A stretch of 55,182 nucleotides of DNA, taken from a virus (Duplodnaviria; Caudoviricetes). Under the pieces are notes generated by a model. It had not been told where the DNA came from. It worked only from the letters and a program-made list of their open reading frames with translations, and did not search any database. Shown in pieces: positions 55,116-55,182 of the stretch. Made by a program: the position numbers and the translations under genes. Within the stretch, counting starts at the first letter, position 1, and every line of letters begins with the position of its first letter. The stretch lies in the IMG/VR virus record IMGVR_UViG_3300027972_000014, positions 1 to 55,182 of that record; one strand, 5' to 3'.

Positions 55116-55182
55116 TATTATCTCCTATTCCAGTTTCTTGAAATTATAATCACCCATCATTAACGTGTGCGGCTCGAAATGC
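55035..55182. repeat. Terminal direct repeat, right copy
   Basis: Matches 1-148. Confidence 0.97.

Noticed and set aside
1-55182. Alternative genetic code or stop-codon reassignment
   Set aside because: Core genes are intact and densely packed under the standard bacterial code

Overview
The window looks like a complete, circularly assembled tailed-phage genome of about 55.03 kb: bases 1-148 recur at 55035-55182 with one mismatch. It is siphovirus-like, with an HK97 capsid, a portal-MuF fusion, a tape measure and a Dit-type tail tip. A Chloroflexota host is inferred only weakly. Most genes are on the minus strand. In order they are replication (DnaB-like helicase, initiator with internal iterons, primase), early small genes, a plus-strand membrane-protein operon, tail, a 10-gene glycosyl/methyl/acetyl-transferase block inside the virion genes, head and packaging, a DNA methyltransferase, lysis genes and an accessory region. 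I recognised no integrase, reverse transcriptase, tRNA or CRISPR array. The standout is 45.5-49.9 kb, a type IV-like Cas effector operon: an HTH gene, csf2 (Cas7) with an N-terminal Cas11-like fusion, csf1 (Cas8-like), and csf3 (Cas5). A B12-type radical SAM enzyme is embedded in it, and the CysH normally seen in type IV-B is absent. The whole operon is delimited like a single integron cassette within an integrase-less attC array (about 44.27-50.21 kb). All family assignments come from reading motifs by eye, not from database searches.
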